Assembly (NCBI GenBank): GCA_024650005.2
Contig: CP122380.1
Coordinates: 480,001 to 544,000 of the forward strand
Length of the DNA stretch: 64,000 nt
Direction: 5' to 3'
Source: Candidatus Bathyarchaeum tardum
Lineage (GTDB): Archaea > Thermoproteota > Bathyarchaeia > Bathyarchaeales > Bathyarchaeaceae
Shown: positions 29,327-40,081 of the stretch, in pieces
How positions within the stretch are numbered: the stretch's first letter is position 1
Layout: the number at the start of each line of letters is the position of its first letter
Notes under the pieces: model-generated
Seen by the model: only the letters and a program-made list of their open reading frames with translations
The model's database searches: none
Told to the model about the DNA's origin: nothing
Made by a program: the position numbers and the translations under genes

Positions 29327-31321
29327 TTAATTGTTTTCTTTATTGATAAAATGGGATAAGTCGAGTACTGGAATCACTCGACCGTTTCCGAGAATGGTGA
29401 ATCCACTGTATCCTTTGCTGTTTATCATGGTTTCTGCTAGGGGTTTGATCATTATTTCTTGTTGACCAATAACTGAATCGATTACTATCCCAACTTTTTG
29501 ATCCTCATTGCTGCAATGAGTTACCAAAACTTCTAGGTTGTCTGGTTCTTCACAGCTTTCAATTTTTAGTAATTCATGTAAATGAAGCAAAGGCAAAACT
29601 CGACCCCGAACAACTATTGCCCGGAACCCGCTGAGCATTTTTACTTCTTGTTTTGGTATCCTAACAATTTCTGTAACCAAACTGGTTGGAATGGCAAAAG
29701 TCTGGTTAGTGTCCTTAACCAAAAGGGAAGTAACAATAGCCAAAGTAGGCGGTAACCGAAGACTAATTCGGGTTCCAGTGCCTTTTTTTGATTCCATGTT
29801 CACTGATCCTCCTAGCGCGTTAGTTTTGGTTTTCACAACATCCATTCCAACTCCACGTCCGCTGGTTTCAGTGATTGTTTTGGAGGTAGACATTCCTGGC
29901 AGAAAAATTAAGTTTATAAGTTGATCATCCGTCATTTTTTCTGCTTCTGCCTCAGACAAAAAGCCTTTTTTTATTGCAGAATTTTTAACTTTCTGGGGGT
30001 CAATTCCTGAACCGTCATCCGAAACTTCAATTATTACATGTTCCCCTTTGCGTTTAGCAAACAAATTTATTGTTCCCGTTGGATGCTTTCCTGATGATTT
30101 TCTTTCTTCGGGGGTTTCTATTCCATGGTCAACACTATTTCTAATAATATGAATAAGAGGCTGACCAATCTCATCCAAGACTGTCCTGTCAACTTCTATT
30201 TCTCGACCTTCAACAATCAAGTTAGTTTTTTTGCCTTTCTTGCGGGACAAATCCCTTACTAATCTTGGGAATCGATCAAAAATCTGGCTAACTGGAACCA
30301 TCCGAATCTGCATCGCCAAATCCTGTAAATCCGCAGTTAAACGGTCAATATTGCCCGCAAGGCGTCGCAACGAATCATCTTTGGTTTCTGTGGTCATCTG
30401 AAGCAACGCAATCTTGTTAATCACAAGCTCCCCTGTAAGATTCATCAACTCGTCAAGCTGTTCAAAATGAACTCGAACAGTTTGAGGAGTTTTCACATCA
30501 ACAGCAACCTTAGACTTAGTTTCTGTCATCTGTTTTTTGTTTTTAGTTTCCGCTGACTTTACACCAAACAATTCAACATTAGCCTTTTCTACCTCACAAA
30601 CAGACTCAACACACTTTATAACTTCTGTTTTTGTTTCTTCAGTAACAAAAACAACTTTGAATTTTTCTTCAATTTTTTCCGCTTTAATGGCTTTTTTATC
30701 TGGAAACGTAGAAATTACCTTGCCCTTTTTTGCAAGATTTTCCAAAACCATGTTTGCTCGTAAGGACTTGAATCCACAGTCAGCTGTAAACTTAACGTCA
30801 ACCACAAAACAATTCTTGCCCTCTTTCATGGCTTTTTCAATTATCTCATTTTCTTTTTCACAAAGTTCAACCGCCGCTGATATTTTTTGACTCTGCTTTT
30901 TCGCTTTTTTTTCTTTGGTTTTTTTGGTTGAATTTTGATTGTTTTTAGAAAATTCTTGGAGTCTTTCCACAAATTTGGCTGTATCAATTTTTTCATCAGA
31001 CCCTTCTTGTATGCTTTCAAGGCGTATTGTTAACGCGTCAATGCATTCCAGCAGGACGTCTATCATGTCACTTGAGACTTCTCCGCCTTTTCGTAACCCG
31101 TCAAAAATGTCTTCCATGGCGTGGGCTAAATCTTGAAGGTCTTTAAAGCCCATCATGCCTGAAGAGCCCTTCAAGGTGTGGGCTGAACGGAAAATGTTAT
31201 TCAGTGAATCAGAATTTTTTGGGTCTTTTTCTAGAATCAATAACGCTTGCGTTACAGTGTCAATGTGTTCTAGTGCCTCTTCTACGAAAGCTTCCCTGTA
31301 TTCTTCCATGTCTAAAGACAA
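29327..31321 (-). CDS. cheA: Chemotaxis histidine kinase CheA
   Basis: HPT AHTLKG, P2, LMNLTGELV, HIIRNSVDHGIE, DDGSGID, SGRGVGMDVV, C-terminal CheW-like P5. Confidence 0.97.
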   Translation of the reverse strand: MSLDMEEYREAFVEEALEHIDTVTQALLILEKDPKNSDSLNNIFRSAHTLKGSSGMMGFKDLQDLAHAMEDIFDGLRKGGEVSSDMIDVLLECIDALTIRLESIQEGSDEKIDTAKFVERLQEFSKNNQNSTKKTKEKKAKKQSQKISAAVELCEKENEIIEKAMKEGKNCFVVDVKFTADCGFKSLRANMVLENLAKKGKVISTFPDKKAIKAEKIEEKFKVVFVTEETKTEVIKCVESVCEVEKANVELFGVKSAETKNKKQMTETKSKVAVDVKTPQTVRVHFEQLDELMNLTGELVINKIALLQMTTETKDDSLRRLAGNIDRLTADLQDLAMQIRMVPVSQIFDRFPRLVRDLSRKKGKKTNLIVEGREIEVDRTVLDEIGQPLIHIIRNSVDHGIETPEERKSSGKHPTGTINLFAKRKGEHVIIEVSDDGSGIDPQKVKNSAIKKGFLSEAEAEKMTDDQLINLIFLPGMSTSKTITETSGRGVGMDVVKTKTNALGGSVNMESKKGTGTRISLRLPPTLAIVTSLLVKDTNQTFAIPTSLVTEIVRIPKQEVKMLSGFRAIVVRGRVLPLLHLHELLKIESCEEPDNLEVLVTHCSNEDQKVGIVIDSVIGQQEIMIKPLAETMINSKGYSGFTILGNGRVIPVLDLSHFINKENN

Positions 31322-31826
31322 TTTTGATATCTCTCCTTGATGAATCTCTGTGTTGGTGGCTAACCTAAGGTAATGTATGGCTTAGTTTTGCAAACTAAAA
31401 TTATTTACCCATGTGTGTGAATGAATGCGACATCTATGCTGTAATTACGGTCTTGATTCATTATTTGAGAAGTTAGCATATCTGGTGTATTTTACTTGAT
31501 GCTAAATGTGGTTTTATCTTTTGGATTTTTTTTTTGGAATTTTCCGTTTGATTTATCATACTGATATAAAAATTATAGTTTTCTTTTGGGATGCAAAACC
31601 ACAAGAATAATCTTGAATCAAACGACATAATGCTCTTATTTGAGAGAATATATGTAATGGTTATTCGAAGTGGGTGGATAGAAAATGTCTCAAAATAAAT
31701 ACAAAGTTGACATTAAACAAAACAGAAGCGCCAACCTTCTGCATGTTAATCAACTCTGTAATTATCTGTCTCTCGTTTTATCTCCCATTCTGCCCACTTC
31801 CCAGAAAAATCCAAAAAAAATAGGAG

Positions 31827-32423
31827 GTGGGAAATATAATGAGAAGAACTCTTAAAAATCGCTTAGCTTTGAGCACAGTAGTAACAACACTGATCATACT
31901 GGTAATTTCAGTTCTGCTCGCCGGAGTAGTTTCTTACTTCGCAATCAACGTCACCAGTACCCGTGTTCAAGAAGAATCATTGCACATCACAAAACATAAC
32001 GTCTGGCACAACGGAGTCAACAGGGGTTTGGCCAGCTTGATGATTATCAACACTGGTGGTCGAGACGTAGTCATCGACAAAATTAGCGTCCGAGGACAAG
32101 AATGTGACTGGAACTCGTCAACCACCGACAAATTCGTCAATTCAGTTGTAACAACAAACACCATATCCGATGACTTAAACTACGTTCCTTTTTTCAATAG
32201 GAATGGTTCAACCACTCCAGTCCTTATTGATGGTGGAACTTACAACTTTACCGTAGTACAACACGACCTGATCCTCAAATCCGGTTGGACTATGCTAGTC
32301 TACATCGAAAACCCTGACAGCATTTCCATTAACGACATCGGTCTGACGGTATCTATCGAAATCTTCACTGCTCAAGCAATGTATTACAGGGAATCAAACG
32401 TCAAAGCAGTTACGCCAACATAA
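31827..32423 (+). CDS. Archaeal type IV pilin (class III signal peptide), variant paralog
   Basis: Basic leader ..KNRLA|LSTVVTTLIILVISVLLAGVV; INTGGRD core shared with the downstream pilins. Confidence 0.85.
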   Translation: MGNIMRRTLKNRLALSTVVTTLIILVISVLLAGVVSYFAINVTSTRVQEESLHITKHNVWHNGVNRGLASLMIINTGGRDVVIDKISVRGQECDWNSSTTDKFVNSVVTTNTISDDLNYVPFFNRNGSTTPVLIDGGTYNFTVVQHDLILKSGWTMLVYIENPDSISINDIGLTVSIEIFTAQAMYYRESNVKAVTPT

Positions 32424-32779
32424 TAGCTTCCCCTACTTTTTTTTGGGGAACCCCTTTTTATCCAAACCAATAACAGCTTTTAAAACCATTTAAATGGAAA
32501 TGTGCTGTGAATAATTTCATGTTTATGTATTATGCCTTTTTTAATCTTTAATAATTATGAATGCTAATTGATTGAAAAATGAATAAGATAAAAATGAACA
32601 CAATTAAATGTAAATATAATATACGTTTAATCTTATTATTATTGATTCGTTAATTAAACCTACTCCCATTATGGCATTAAACTAGTTAAAAAATGAATGG
32701 ATTATACAAAATGCGTCTTTTTTATGACGCACAAATTGTCTTATCGTTTTTTGATGTAGCTGGTTTTTGGAGATAAAAA

Positions 32780-33331
32780 ATGAGGGACTTACGAAGAAAT
32801 CGTTTGGCTTTGAGTACTGTTGTTACAACGCTGATCATACTGGTAGTTTCAGTTTTGCTCGCTGGTGTCGTTTCGTACTTTGCTATCAACGTTACTAGCA
32901 CTCGTGTCCAAGAAGAGTCTGTTCACATTACAAAACAGCATGTCTGGCACAACGGAGGTAATTCGTCACAGGCTGCTTTTATGTTGATTAACACTGGTGG
33001 TCGAGACCTAGTTATCGACAAAATTAGTGTCCGTGGACAAGCATCTGAATGGGACACTGTGTTCTATGTAGTAACCACTGATTCTATATCTGCTGACCTA
33101 CCCTACAACGCAACATTGAGTGACGGCGGGAACATAACAATCGGTAGCACTGAATACACTTTCAATGTTGCTGCTAGCGACATTACTCTTCGTTCTGGTT
33201 ACACTATCGTTGTCTACATTACTAGCCCTGACAGCATTTCTGTGAACGACATCGGCTTAACTGTTGGTATGACTGTTCACACATCGCAGGCAATGTATTA
33301 CAAAGAGTGCAACGTTCAAGCCACAGGATAA
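32780..33331 (+). CDS. Archaeal type IV pilin, putative major pilin (copy 1)
   Basis: MRDLRRNRLA|LSTVVTTLIILVVSVLLAGVV class III signal; N-glycosylation sequons. Confidence 0.88.
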   Translation: MRDLRRNRLALSTVVTTLIILVVSVLLAGVVSYFAINVTSTRVQEESVHITKQHVWHNGGNSSQAAFMLINTGGRDLVIDKISVRGQASEWDTVFYVVTTDSISADLPYNATLSDGGNITIGSTEYTFNVAASDITLRSGYTIVVYITSPDSISVNDIGLTVGMTVHTSQAMYYKECNVQATG

Positions 33332-33340
33332 ACGTCCTAA

Positions 33341-33377
33341 TTGGATGGAAACATCCAACCCTTTTTCTCTTTTTTTT
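33341..33377 (+). terminator. GAAA-tetraloop hairpin plus oligo-T after pilin copy 1
   Basis: TTGGATG-GAAA-CATCCAA followed by T tracts. Confidence 0.7.
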
Positions 33378-33455
33378 GACCGTTTAATGTGTAATTTATT
33401 GTACGCACAAATTGTCTTATCGTTTTTTGATGTAGCTGGTTTTTGGAGATAAAAA

Positions 33456-34007
33456 ATGAGGGACTTACGAAGAAATCGTTTGGCTTTGAGTACTGTTGTT
33501 ACAACGCTGATCATACTGGTAGTTTCAGTTTTGCTCGCTGGTGTCGTTTCGTACTTTGCTATCAACGTTACTAGCACTCGTGTCCAAGAAGAGTCTGTTC
33601 ACATTACAAAACAGCATGTCTGGCACAACGGAGGTAATTCGTCACAGGCTGCTTTTATGTTGATTAACACTGGTGGTCGAGACCTAGTTATCGACAAAAT
33701 TAGTGTCCGTGGACAAGCATCTGAATGGGACACTGTGTTCTATGTAGTAACCACTGATTCTATATCTGCTGACCTACCCTACAACGCAACATTGAGTGAC
33801 GGCGGGAACATAACAATCGGTAGCACTGAATACACTTTCAATGTTGCTGCTAGCGACATTACTCTTCGTTCTGGTTACACTATCGTTGTCTACATTACTA
33901 GCCCTGACAGCATTTCTGTGAACGACATCGGCTTAACTGTTGGTATGACTGTTCACACATCGCAGGCAATGTATTACAAAGAGTGCAACGTTCAAGCCAC
34001 AGGATAA
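33456..34007 (+). CDS. Archaeal type IV pilin, putative major pilin (copy 2, identical)
   Basis: Protein identical to 32780..33331. Confidence 0.88.
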   Translation: MRDLRRNRLALSTVVTTLIILVVSVLLAGVVSYFAINVTSTRVQEESVHITKQHVWHNGGNSSQAAFMLINTGGRDLVIDKISVRGQASEWDTVFYVVTTDSISADLPYNATLSDGGNITIGSTEYTFNVAASDITLRSGYTIVVYITSPDSISVNDIGLTVGMTVHTSQAMYYKECNVQATG

Positions 34008-34016
34008 ACGTCCTAA

Positions 34017-34051
34017 TTGGATGGAAACATCCAACCCTTTTTCTCTTTTTT
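34017..34051 (+). terminator. GAAA-tetraloop hairpin plus oligo-T after pilin copy 2
   Basis: Same hairpin as 33341. Confidence 0.7.
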
Positions 34052-34205
34052 GATACTGACAATATGTAGTTGGACTATACGTACAAACCGTCTTTTAGTT
34101 CTCAAGCAAACATTGCTTTTTCTAGTAACATGTCACACAAGGAGAAAAACCAACAAAATGACCACCCACAAAAAACAACTTTCACCGATAGGAGTATTGC
34201 TGTAA

Positions 34206-35042
34206 ATGAATGCCAAGTGTGTTAAACAAAAGTTAACCCAATTTCGAATTTCCAAACGCGCTCTTGCTATTCCGATGACATTTCTTATGTTGTTCTTTTC
34301 ATTGTTTGCAATAATTTCAGTTACTTACTACTTTGCAGTTTCCAAAGTTAACGCTAACAGCCAAGTCCTTAACGTTTCAACTGCAAAACAAAACATGAAC
34401 GTTCTAGAACAAACCTTAGACTATGTAATCTGGCACGCTGGATCTTCAAAAAGCTGTGAAGTTAACGACTGCGGAGGAACGCTGAAAACTGTGCCTTCTT
34501 CAAACCTGCTGACAATAAACGTTACTAACGGTGTTTTCTCTGAGGTAATTTTCAATTCTTCAATTGGAGGAGTCATCTATGAACTGCCTTTTTCTCAAAC
34601 AAGTGATACTGGACTGTATCTGAAAGGCACAAGCCAGGTAGTAGAAAATAAAAGCGGAGCAGTAGTAGCCCAACTTTATATAGAACAAGGAGACGAACGC
34701 CCTGAAATCTTGCTTCGGTATCGTCCCATTGTTTCTTCAGTTACTGGTGGAACAGAAAACAACAAACCAGTAACTAACGTGCGCATCTATGTTGTGAACC
34801 TTAACTCGTCACAAAACATCCAGTTAATGGGAAAAATTCCAATAATAGCTTCATGCGAAAGCACTGAAATCCTTGTCAACAATTATGACTTGGCGTATTC
34901 ATCCAACTCCTTGACTGTTCACGTTAGTTTAGACGAACGTAACGGTGAAGTTTCTGTTCCCATTTCAAGCAATGCCAATGGTGCAATAATCAATCTCGAG
35001 TTGGTTATATCCAACACCAAACTCGAACGGGGGTTACGTTAA
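34206..35042 (+). CDS. Minor pilin-like protein
   Basis: KRA|LAIPMTFLMLFF class III-like signal; beta-rich body; in the pilus operon. Confidence 0.7.
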   Translation: MNAKCVKQKLTQFRISKRALAIPMTFLMLFFSLFAIISVTYYFAVSKVNANSQVLNVSTAKQNMNVLEQTLDYVIWHAGSSKSCEVNDCGGTLKTVPSSNLLTINVTNGVFSEVIFNSSIGGVIYELPFSQTSDTGLYLKGTSQVVENKSGAVVAQLYIEQGDERPEILLRYRPIVSSVTGGTENNKPVTNVRIYVVNLNSSQNIQLMGKIPIIASCESTEILVNNYDLAYSSNSLTVHVSLDERNGEVSVPISSNANGAIINLELVISNTKLERGLR

Positions 35043-35043
35043 C

Positions 35044-35490
35044 ATGCCATCAATCATTCCCAGTTATGTGTACACATTTTTTGCATTGACTATCATGGGT
35101 ACACTGTTAATTTGTGCATTTGCCAGTTTTTCTGTCTCAGTTAAACAGGATGTAGAAATTGAACAACTAAAAAATTTGCTGCAACATGTAGCAGCAGAAA
35201 GCTGTGAGCTTATTTCAACAACAACCTCCAACAATTCTACAGCTACTTTACGTTTGTCCATGCCATCAAATCTATGTGAAAAAAGTTACTGGTTACAATT
35301 CAGAAATGATTCCTCTCACGCTTGGGTTGAAGGAGGACTCGCAAGCACGCCAGTAGAAACCAGTCTGAAAATCTATGTTCCTGGAACAGTAACAGCTTCT
35401 GGATTATACAAAAGCGGTTACGGTTTCGCCGAACTAAGATGCGAACTTCAAGAAGGCACTGTTTTTTTGAATCTGTCGGAGGCGTCATAA
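35044..35490 (+). CDS. Pilus accessory protein with N-terminal TM
   Basis: N-terminal hydrophobic helix; abuts the ATPase gene. Confidence 0.65.
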   Translation: MPSIIPSYVYTFFALTIMGTLLICAFASFSVSVKQDVEIEQLKNLLQHVAAESCELISTTTSNNSTATLRLSMPSNLCEKSYWLQFRNDSSHAWVEGGLASTPVETSLKIYVPGTVTASGLYKSGYGFAELRCELQEGTVFLNLSEAS

Positions 35491-37086
35491 TTGAAACGTG
35501 GAAAAAAGAAGAATAAAATAGAAGTAAAAGAGACAGTATCGACAGAAGACTTGATCAGCGACCTTAGACTTCTTCGAGGAGGAACACCCGAAGGTTACAT
35601 TGAACTAGAAAGTTATCCTTTGAATCCTCCTTTTGCTTATGCTTATATTGCTCAAAACAAAGAAACCGCTGAGTACCTTTTTATTGCTGATGAGCTTCCC
35701 TTGTCCTCTGACGAACGGAAAGCTTTCAAACAGTTGAAAAACATTTTAGGTTACGAATTAAAAGCTCCTGAACCCGAAGAAACTTTGGTGGATTCTTTCC
35801 ATAAACAGCTTCCAGAAATATTGGATAAACACCAGAAACTTCTTGGTGGTGTAACAGAAATTGGATTTCGCAAAATAGGATACTATCTTGAACGTGACAT
35901 GGTCGGATACGGGAAAATCGATCCCTTCATGCATGACCCCTATGTTGAAGACATCAGCTGCACTGGAATTAACAAACCAATTTACTTATGGCACCGAAAA
36001 TATGAAAACATAAAAACTAGTGTCATCTTCCTCGAACATGATGAACTTGACGATTTTGTCATGAAAATCGTTCACCGCGCAGGAAAACACGTCAGTATCG
36101 CTTTTCCAATTGTAGACCTTACCCTTCCAAACAAACACCGTTTGGCAGTAACTTTTGGCAAAGAAACAACTCCCGCTGGAACAAGTTTCACTATCCGGAA
36201 ATTCCGAGAAGACCCTCTTACAATAATTGACCTAATAGAAAACGAAACCATCGACGAAAACATTGCTGCTTATCTTTGGTTGTTAATGGACAACAAAATG
36301 TCGGTAATGATTGCCGGAGCAACAGGAGCTGGAAAAACTACTGCTTTGAATGCTATTGCTTGTTTGACTAATCCTGAATACAAGATGATTTCAGTTGAAG
36401 AAGTTGCAGAAATTAATTTAACCCATGAAAACTGGACTTCAACAATTGGCAGACCCGGATTTGGAAGCGAACGCCAAGGAGAAATCACCCTATATGATTT
36501 GATTAAATCTGCTGTGAGACACCGACCTGACATGATTCTGGTAGGCGAAATTAGAGGTGAAGAAGCATACGTTCTGTTTCAAGCTTTGGCAACTGGTCAC
36601 GGTGGCTTGTGTACTACCCATGCCGACGAGATTGAAACAACTCTTAAGCGTTTAACTCAGCCACCAATGAACATTCCTCCTGCAATTCTGCCTTTGATGA
36701 ACTGCATGATTATTGCGAAACGCGTTAAGGCTCCAGCGTTTTTGGATGAACCAACCCGCAGATTTGCTTCTAGAAAATTTGTTCACATTGCTGAAATCAA
36801 AGATGCTGACACCATTCAAACGGCTTTTCGTTGGAACCCTTCTATGGATACTTTTCAGGATGAACTTGAAGGAAGTTACCTATTATCTAGAATCGCTAAG
36901 GACTTAGATGTCCCCTTAGAAAAAGTGTACAAAGAACTCGAAAATCGAAAACAATTATTGCTGGCAATGGCTGAACGTGGAATTCGTGATTTCCGAAGTG
37001 TAAGCGTAGTCTTGAGCAGATACACCAAGGACCCCAGTTCAGTATTAGAAGAATTTGTTGAAAAAGATTCAGGATGGGTTCTTTAA
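35491..37086 (+). CDS. Type II/IV secretion (VirB11/TadA/PilB-like) assembly ATPase
   Basis: GYGKIDP, EDISC, FTIRKF, Walker A GATGAGKTT, RHRPD..VGEIRG.EA, ATGHGG..TTHA. Confidence 0.95.
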   Translation: MKRGKKKNKIEVKETVSTEDLISDLRLLRGGTPEGYIELESYPLNPPFAYAYIAQNKETAEYLFIADELPLSSDERKAFKQLKNILGYELKAPEPEETLVDSFHKQLPEILDKHQKLLGGVTEIGFRKIGYYLERDMVGYGKIDPFMHDPYVEDISCTGINKPIYLWHRKYENIKTSVIFLEHDELDDFVMKIVHRAGKHVSIAFPIVDLTLPNKHRLAVTFGKETTPAGTSFTIRKFREDPLTIIDLIENETIDENIAAYLWLLMDNKMSVMIAGATGAGKTTALNAIACLTNPEYKMISVEEVAEINLTHENWTSTIGRPGFGSERQGEITLYDLIKSAVRHRPDMILVGEIRGEEAYVLFQALATGHGGLCTTHADEIETTLKRLTQPPMNIPPAILPLMNCMIIAKRVKAPAFLDEPTRRFASRKFVHIAEIKDADTIQTAFRWNPSMDTFQDELEGSYLLSRIAKDLDVPLEKVYKELENRKQLLLAMAERGIRDFRSVSVVLSRYTKDPSSVLEEFVEKDSGWVL

Positions 37087-37087
37087 A

Positions 37088-38590
37088 ATGTCTGAAACCC
37101 AAACTTTTTTCCAAAAATTAAAGGCGCGAATTGCTGAAGAAACTAGCGAAAAGAAAGAAGAAATCGATCGAGAATTGCCTTTTGTTGTTATGCTTTTTGC
37201 TTTGCTATCTACTAGCGGAGTTTCGTTATATGACAGCTGGAAACGGTTACGTAAAATGAATCTGTTGCCTAGGTTTCAAGAAGAAGCAGAAGAACTTGTG
37301 CGGCAAGTTGAGGTTCTGGGAAAAGACCCTTTAACTGCAATGTATGAACTCGGAGAAAAAACTGGTTCCAAAGCGTATCGAGATTTTCTTGGCGGATTTG
37401 TTTCAACCATAAAAAGTGGAGGAAAAATCAGTGATTACATGCAAAGCAAACTAAGAGTAATCTTTGAGTTACGAAACAAAGAAATGACCCGTTCCACCGA
37501 AAAAATTGCTACCTTAGTCGAAAGTTACTCGGTCATGTTGATACTAATTCTTTGTATTTACATCCTTTACTCCTTGTTGACTTCTTCAACTTCAATGGAG
37601 CAAATAACTGGAATGAATATTTCTTCGTCACCTCTGATGACGTTTATAATCGCATTTGTTGCGGTTCCCACAATCTCTTTGCTATTTCTGCTTGTAGCAA
37701 ACAACATGCACAAAAGCACAATGCTTAACCTAACATCAGTATACAAAAAAACAATCATTTCCATGGCAGCAGCAACTGGTGTAATGGTTGCTTTCGTTTT
37801 TGTTCCAGGGCTATCTGAAATAGGTACTTCTATAGGGCTTTCGCTTTTATTGACGGTATTCCTTGTAATTGGGGTATTACCTGGAATTGTTGAATACTAC
37901 AAGCTTGCACGAATAAACTACAATGCTGAAGCGTCTTTGCCAAGTTTTCTTAGAGATATAACAGAATCCCAGAAAACTGGAATTTCCCCTGAAAAAAGCA
38001 TAATTCATGCCACCAAGCGTCGAGATTATGGGCTGTTTTCTCAGTTTTTACATTTGATTCGTAGCCAGATTGAATGGGGCGTCTCCCTGAAAGAAATTTT
38101 TAGAAACATTAAACAAAAAATCAGTAGTTGGCCTGTTTTGGTAAACTTCATGATGATGGTTGAAACCATCGAAGTAGGTGGCGGCTCAGTAAGGTCCTTG
38201 GAGATTCTTTCCGAATACAGTGAAAAAGAACTGGAGTCTCAAATAAACAAGCGTGCTTTGCTTAAACCATATGTCATTTTGGCGTTTGTTTGGAGTGTAC
38301 TCATTGCCTTAACTACCAACATTATAACCGTGACAATGTTTGTTTTGAACCAGTTTGCAAGTGCAAGCGGTACCCAAATATTATCTGCGGCAATGGCTGA
38401 AGACAGTGGAATTTTGTCTTTAGGAATCATTTTCCAGTGCTGGCTTTCAGGGTTGTTCATGGGAAAAATCAGTGAAGGAAACATAGCTGCAGGTCTTAAA
38501 TATTCAGCAATTCTCACAATAACTGCTTACATATCATTGATTGTTTCACAGGACCTTTTGGCAGATCTTTTCGGAGTTGTAACATTCTAG
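37088..38590 (+). CDS. T2SSF/TadBC-like pilus membrane platform protein (fused double domain)
   Basis: IDRELPF, GKDPLTAM, LPSFLRDITE..KTG, GKISEGNIAAGLK; multiple TMs; follows the ATPase. Confidence 0.92.
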   Translation: MSETQTFFQKLKARIAEETSEKKEEIDRELPFVVMLFALLSTSGVSLYDSWKRLRKMNLLPRFQEEAEELVRQVEVLGKDPLTAMYELGEKTGSKAYRDFLGGFVSTIKSGGKISDYMQSKLRVIFELRNKEMTRSTEKIATLVESYSVMLILILCIYILYSLLTSSTSMEQITGMNISSSPLMTFIIAFVAVPTISLLFLLVANNMHKSTMLNLTSVYKKTIISMAAATGVMVAFVFVPGLSEIGTSIGLSLLLTVFLVIGVLPGIVEYYKLARINYNAEASLPSFLRDITESQKTGISPEKSIIHATKRRDYGLFSQFLHLIRSQIEWGVSLKEIFRNIKQKISSWPVLVNFMMMVETIEVGGGSVRSLEILSEYSEKELESQINKRALLKPYVILAFVWSVLIALTTNIITVTMFVLNQFASASGTQILSAAMAEDSGILSLGIIFQCWLSGLFMGKISEGNIAAGLKYSAILTITAYISLIVSQDLLADLFGVVTF

Positions 38591-38599
38591 ATCAGTGAG

Positions 38600-39655
38600 G
38601 TGACCAGTGATATGCCTGCAAACTCCATTGACACATTCTTTGCTTGCATTCTCATCATAATGGTGGTGATAATGTCCATGGTCTTCACCACAAACTTAGT
38701 ATCACCACACTTGAATGCTCTCGAGGGTGTAAATGAAGAAGAATATCTGCGAAAAATTGTTGATCATGCGATAGTTAACTGTGGCAGTCCTGCTAATTGG
38801 GGTGAAAACCCAAGCATAATTCCAGAATCTTTTGGTTTAGGCAAAGACGGCTCATTCAGTTACGAGCTTGATTTAGATAAAGTTTCTCGACTTAACACCC
38901 AAAACGTGTACTCTTTGAGTTATTTGGAAATGCTTCGATCCTTGAGGCTACAAAATGTTGCTCTCAATTTTGTTTTTTCACAAATACTTGATGTTTCAAT
39001 AGTTTTGGATTCAAGCGTAACCGTCGGTGCTTCAACTACATATGCTTTTAATATATCGGTAAGCCAAAACCAAGCCCCAAATGCTGCAAATTTGAAATGT
39101 TACTTGATTGCCAATAATTTTCTTGACGAAACAACGTCTAGCATTTCAATCAACGATCAAGGAACCGTCGAATTTGAAGTTCCGAACGATTCCAACGGAC
39201 CAGCAATGCTTGTTGTTTTTGCGCGGTCAACTGATGACAACAGGTTGACTTCTCAGGGTGTCTATTGTTTTGGTCATTTATCGCCGGAGCCTGCAGTGAA
39301 TAATTCTTTTCTGGGGTTAAGTCCCCTTAATCAAACTCTGTATGTACACCTTAATGTTTCTGAAGTTTCGTTGGAGTCAGTTTATTCGTTTTCTTATGGT
39401 TACAAGACTGAGTTATCTGCATTTTCCAACGAGACTTATTCTGTTCCTCGTTTTTTGGGTTCTAGCCCGCAAGTGTTGGTTGTAACTGGATGGAATGGTT
39501 CAGATTTCTTTATTGAATATACGACTTATCCACAGGTTCCCTTAGAGATTGGTTCCAGATTTGAAGGTGCAGAGTGTTTCTCGTTTAGTTATGTTGTAAC
39601 GATAAACCACGTTTTGTATAAGCTTACAGTAAAGTCCGGAGGTCCAAGCTTTTGA
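38600..39655 (+). CDS. Pilus accessory/minor pilin-like protein
   Basis: SIDTFFAC hydrophobic N-terminus, GSPANWG...FGL motif typical of archaeal T4P accessory proteins. Confidence 0.65.
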   Translation: MTSDMPANSIDTFFACILIIMVVIMSMVFTTNLVSPHLNALEGVNEEEYLRKIVDHAIVNCGSPANWGENPSIIPESFGLGKDGSFSYELDLDKVSRLNTQNVYSLSYLEMLRSLRLQNVALNFVFSQILDVSIVLDSSVTVGASTTYAFNISVSQNQAPNAANLKCYLIANNFLDETTSSISINDQGTVEFEVPNDSNGPAMLVVFARSTDDNRLTSQGVYCFGHLSPEPAVNNSFLGLSPLNQTLYVHLNVSEVSLESVYSFSYGYKTELSAFSNETYSVPRFLGSSPQVLVVTGWNGSDFFIEYTTYPQVPLEIGSRFEGAECFSFSYVVTINHVLYKLTVKSGGPSF

Positions 39656-40077
39656 ATTTCAAAGACGACAAACGTGGAATGGTACGGGTAATTGAATCCT
39701 TTTTAGCATCTCTTTTGATACTTTCCACTTTGGCTTTGGTTCCTTCTCAGTTGGGGGTTGGGTCTACTCATTATAGTACTTTGAGTTCTGAGGGGACTCA
39801 AGTTTTAGTTTCTTTAGACAGTAACGGGTTTTTGTCTAAACTAATTGAAGATGGCAACTGGACGTCTTTGACTAATTGCCTAAAATCTATGCTTCCTGTG
39901 AGTTTGTGGTTTAATGTTACAGTGTTTGACGAGAACATGGATGTTTTGAACGATGTTTTTGTTTCTAATGGAAGCCCAGTAAGCGATGACATGGTTGCTG
40001 TTAACTATGTGTGTGCAGCCTCGGCTGGAACCTTTGCTGTTTATTTGGTTCGGTTGCAATTGGCGGAGGTTAGCTGA
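39652..40077 (+). CDS. Minor pilin-like protein
   Basis: KRG|MVRVIESFLA class III-like signal. Confidence 0.7.
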   Translation: MNFKDDKRGMVRVIESFLASLLILSTLALVPSQLGVGSTHYSTLSSEGTQVLVSLDSNGFLSKLIEDGNWTSLTNCLKSMLPVSLWFNVTVFDENMDVLNDVFVSNGSPVSDDMVAVNYVCAASAGTFAVYLVRLQLAEVS

Positions 40078-40081
40078 CAGG

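Larger units (their letters stand above)
32727..34051 (+). repeat. Tandem direct duplication (~649-bp identical units 32727-33375 and 33403-34051) containing pilin gene and terminator
   Basis: Units offset by 676 nt and identical by inspection, separated by a unique ~27-nt spacer. Confidence 0.92.
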
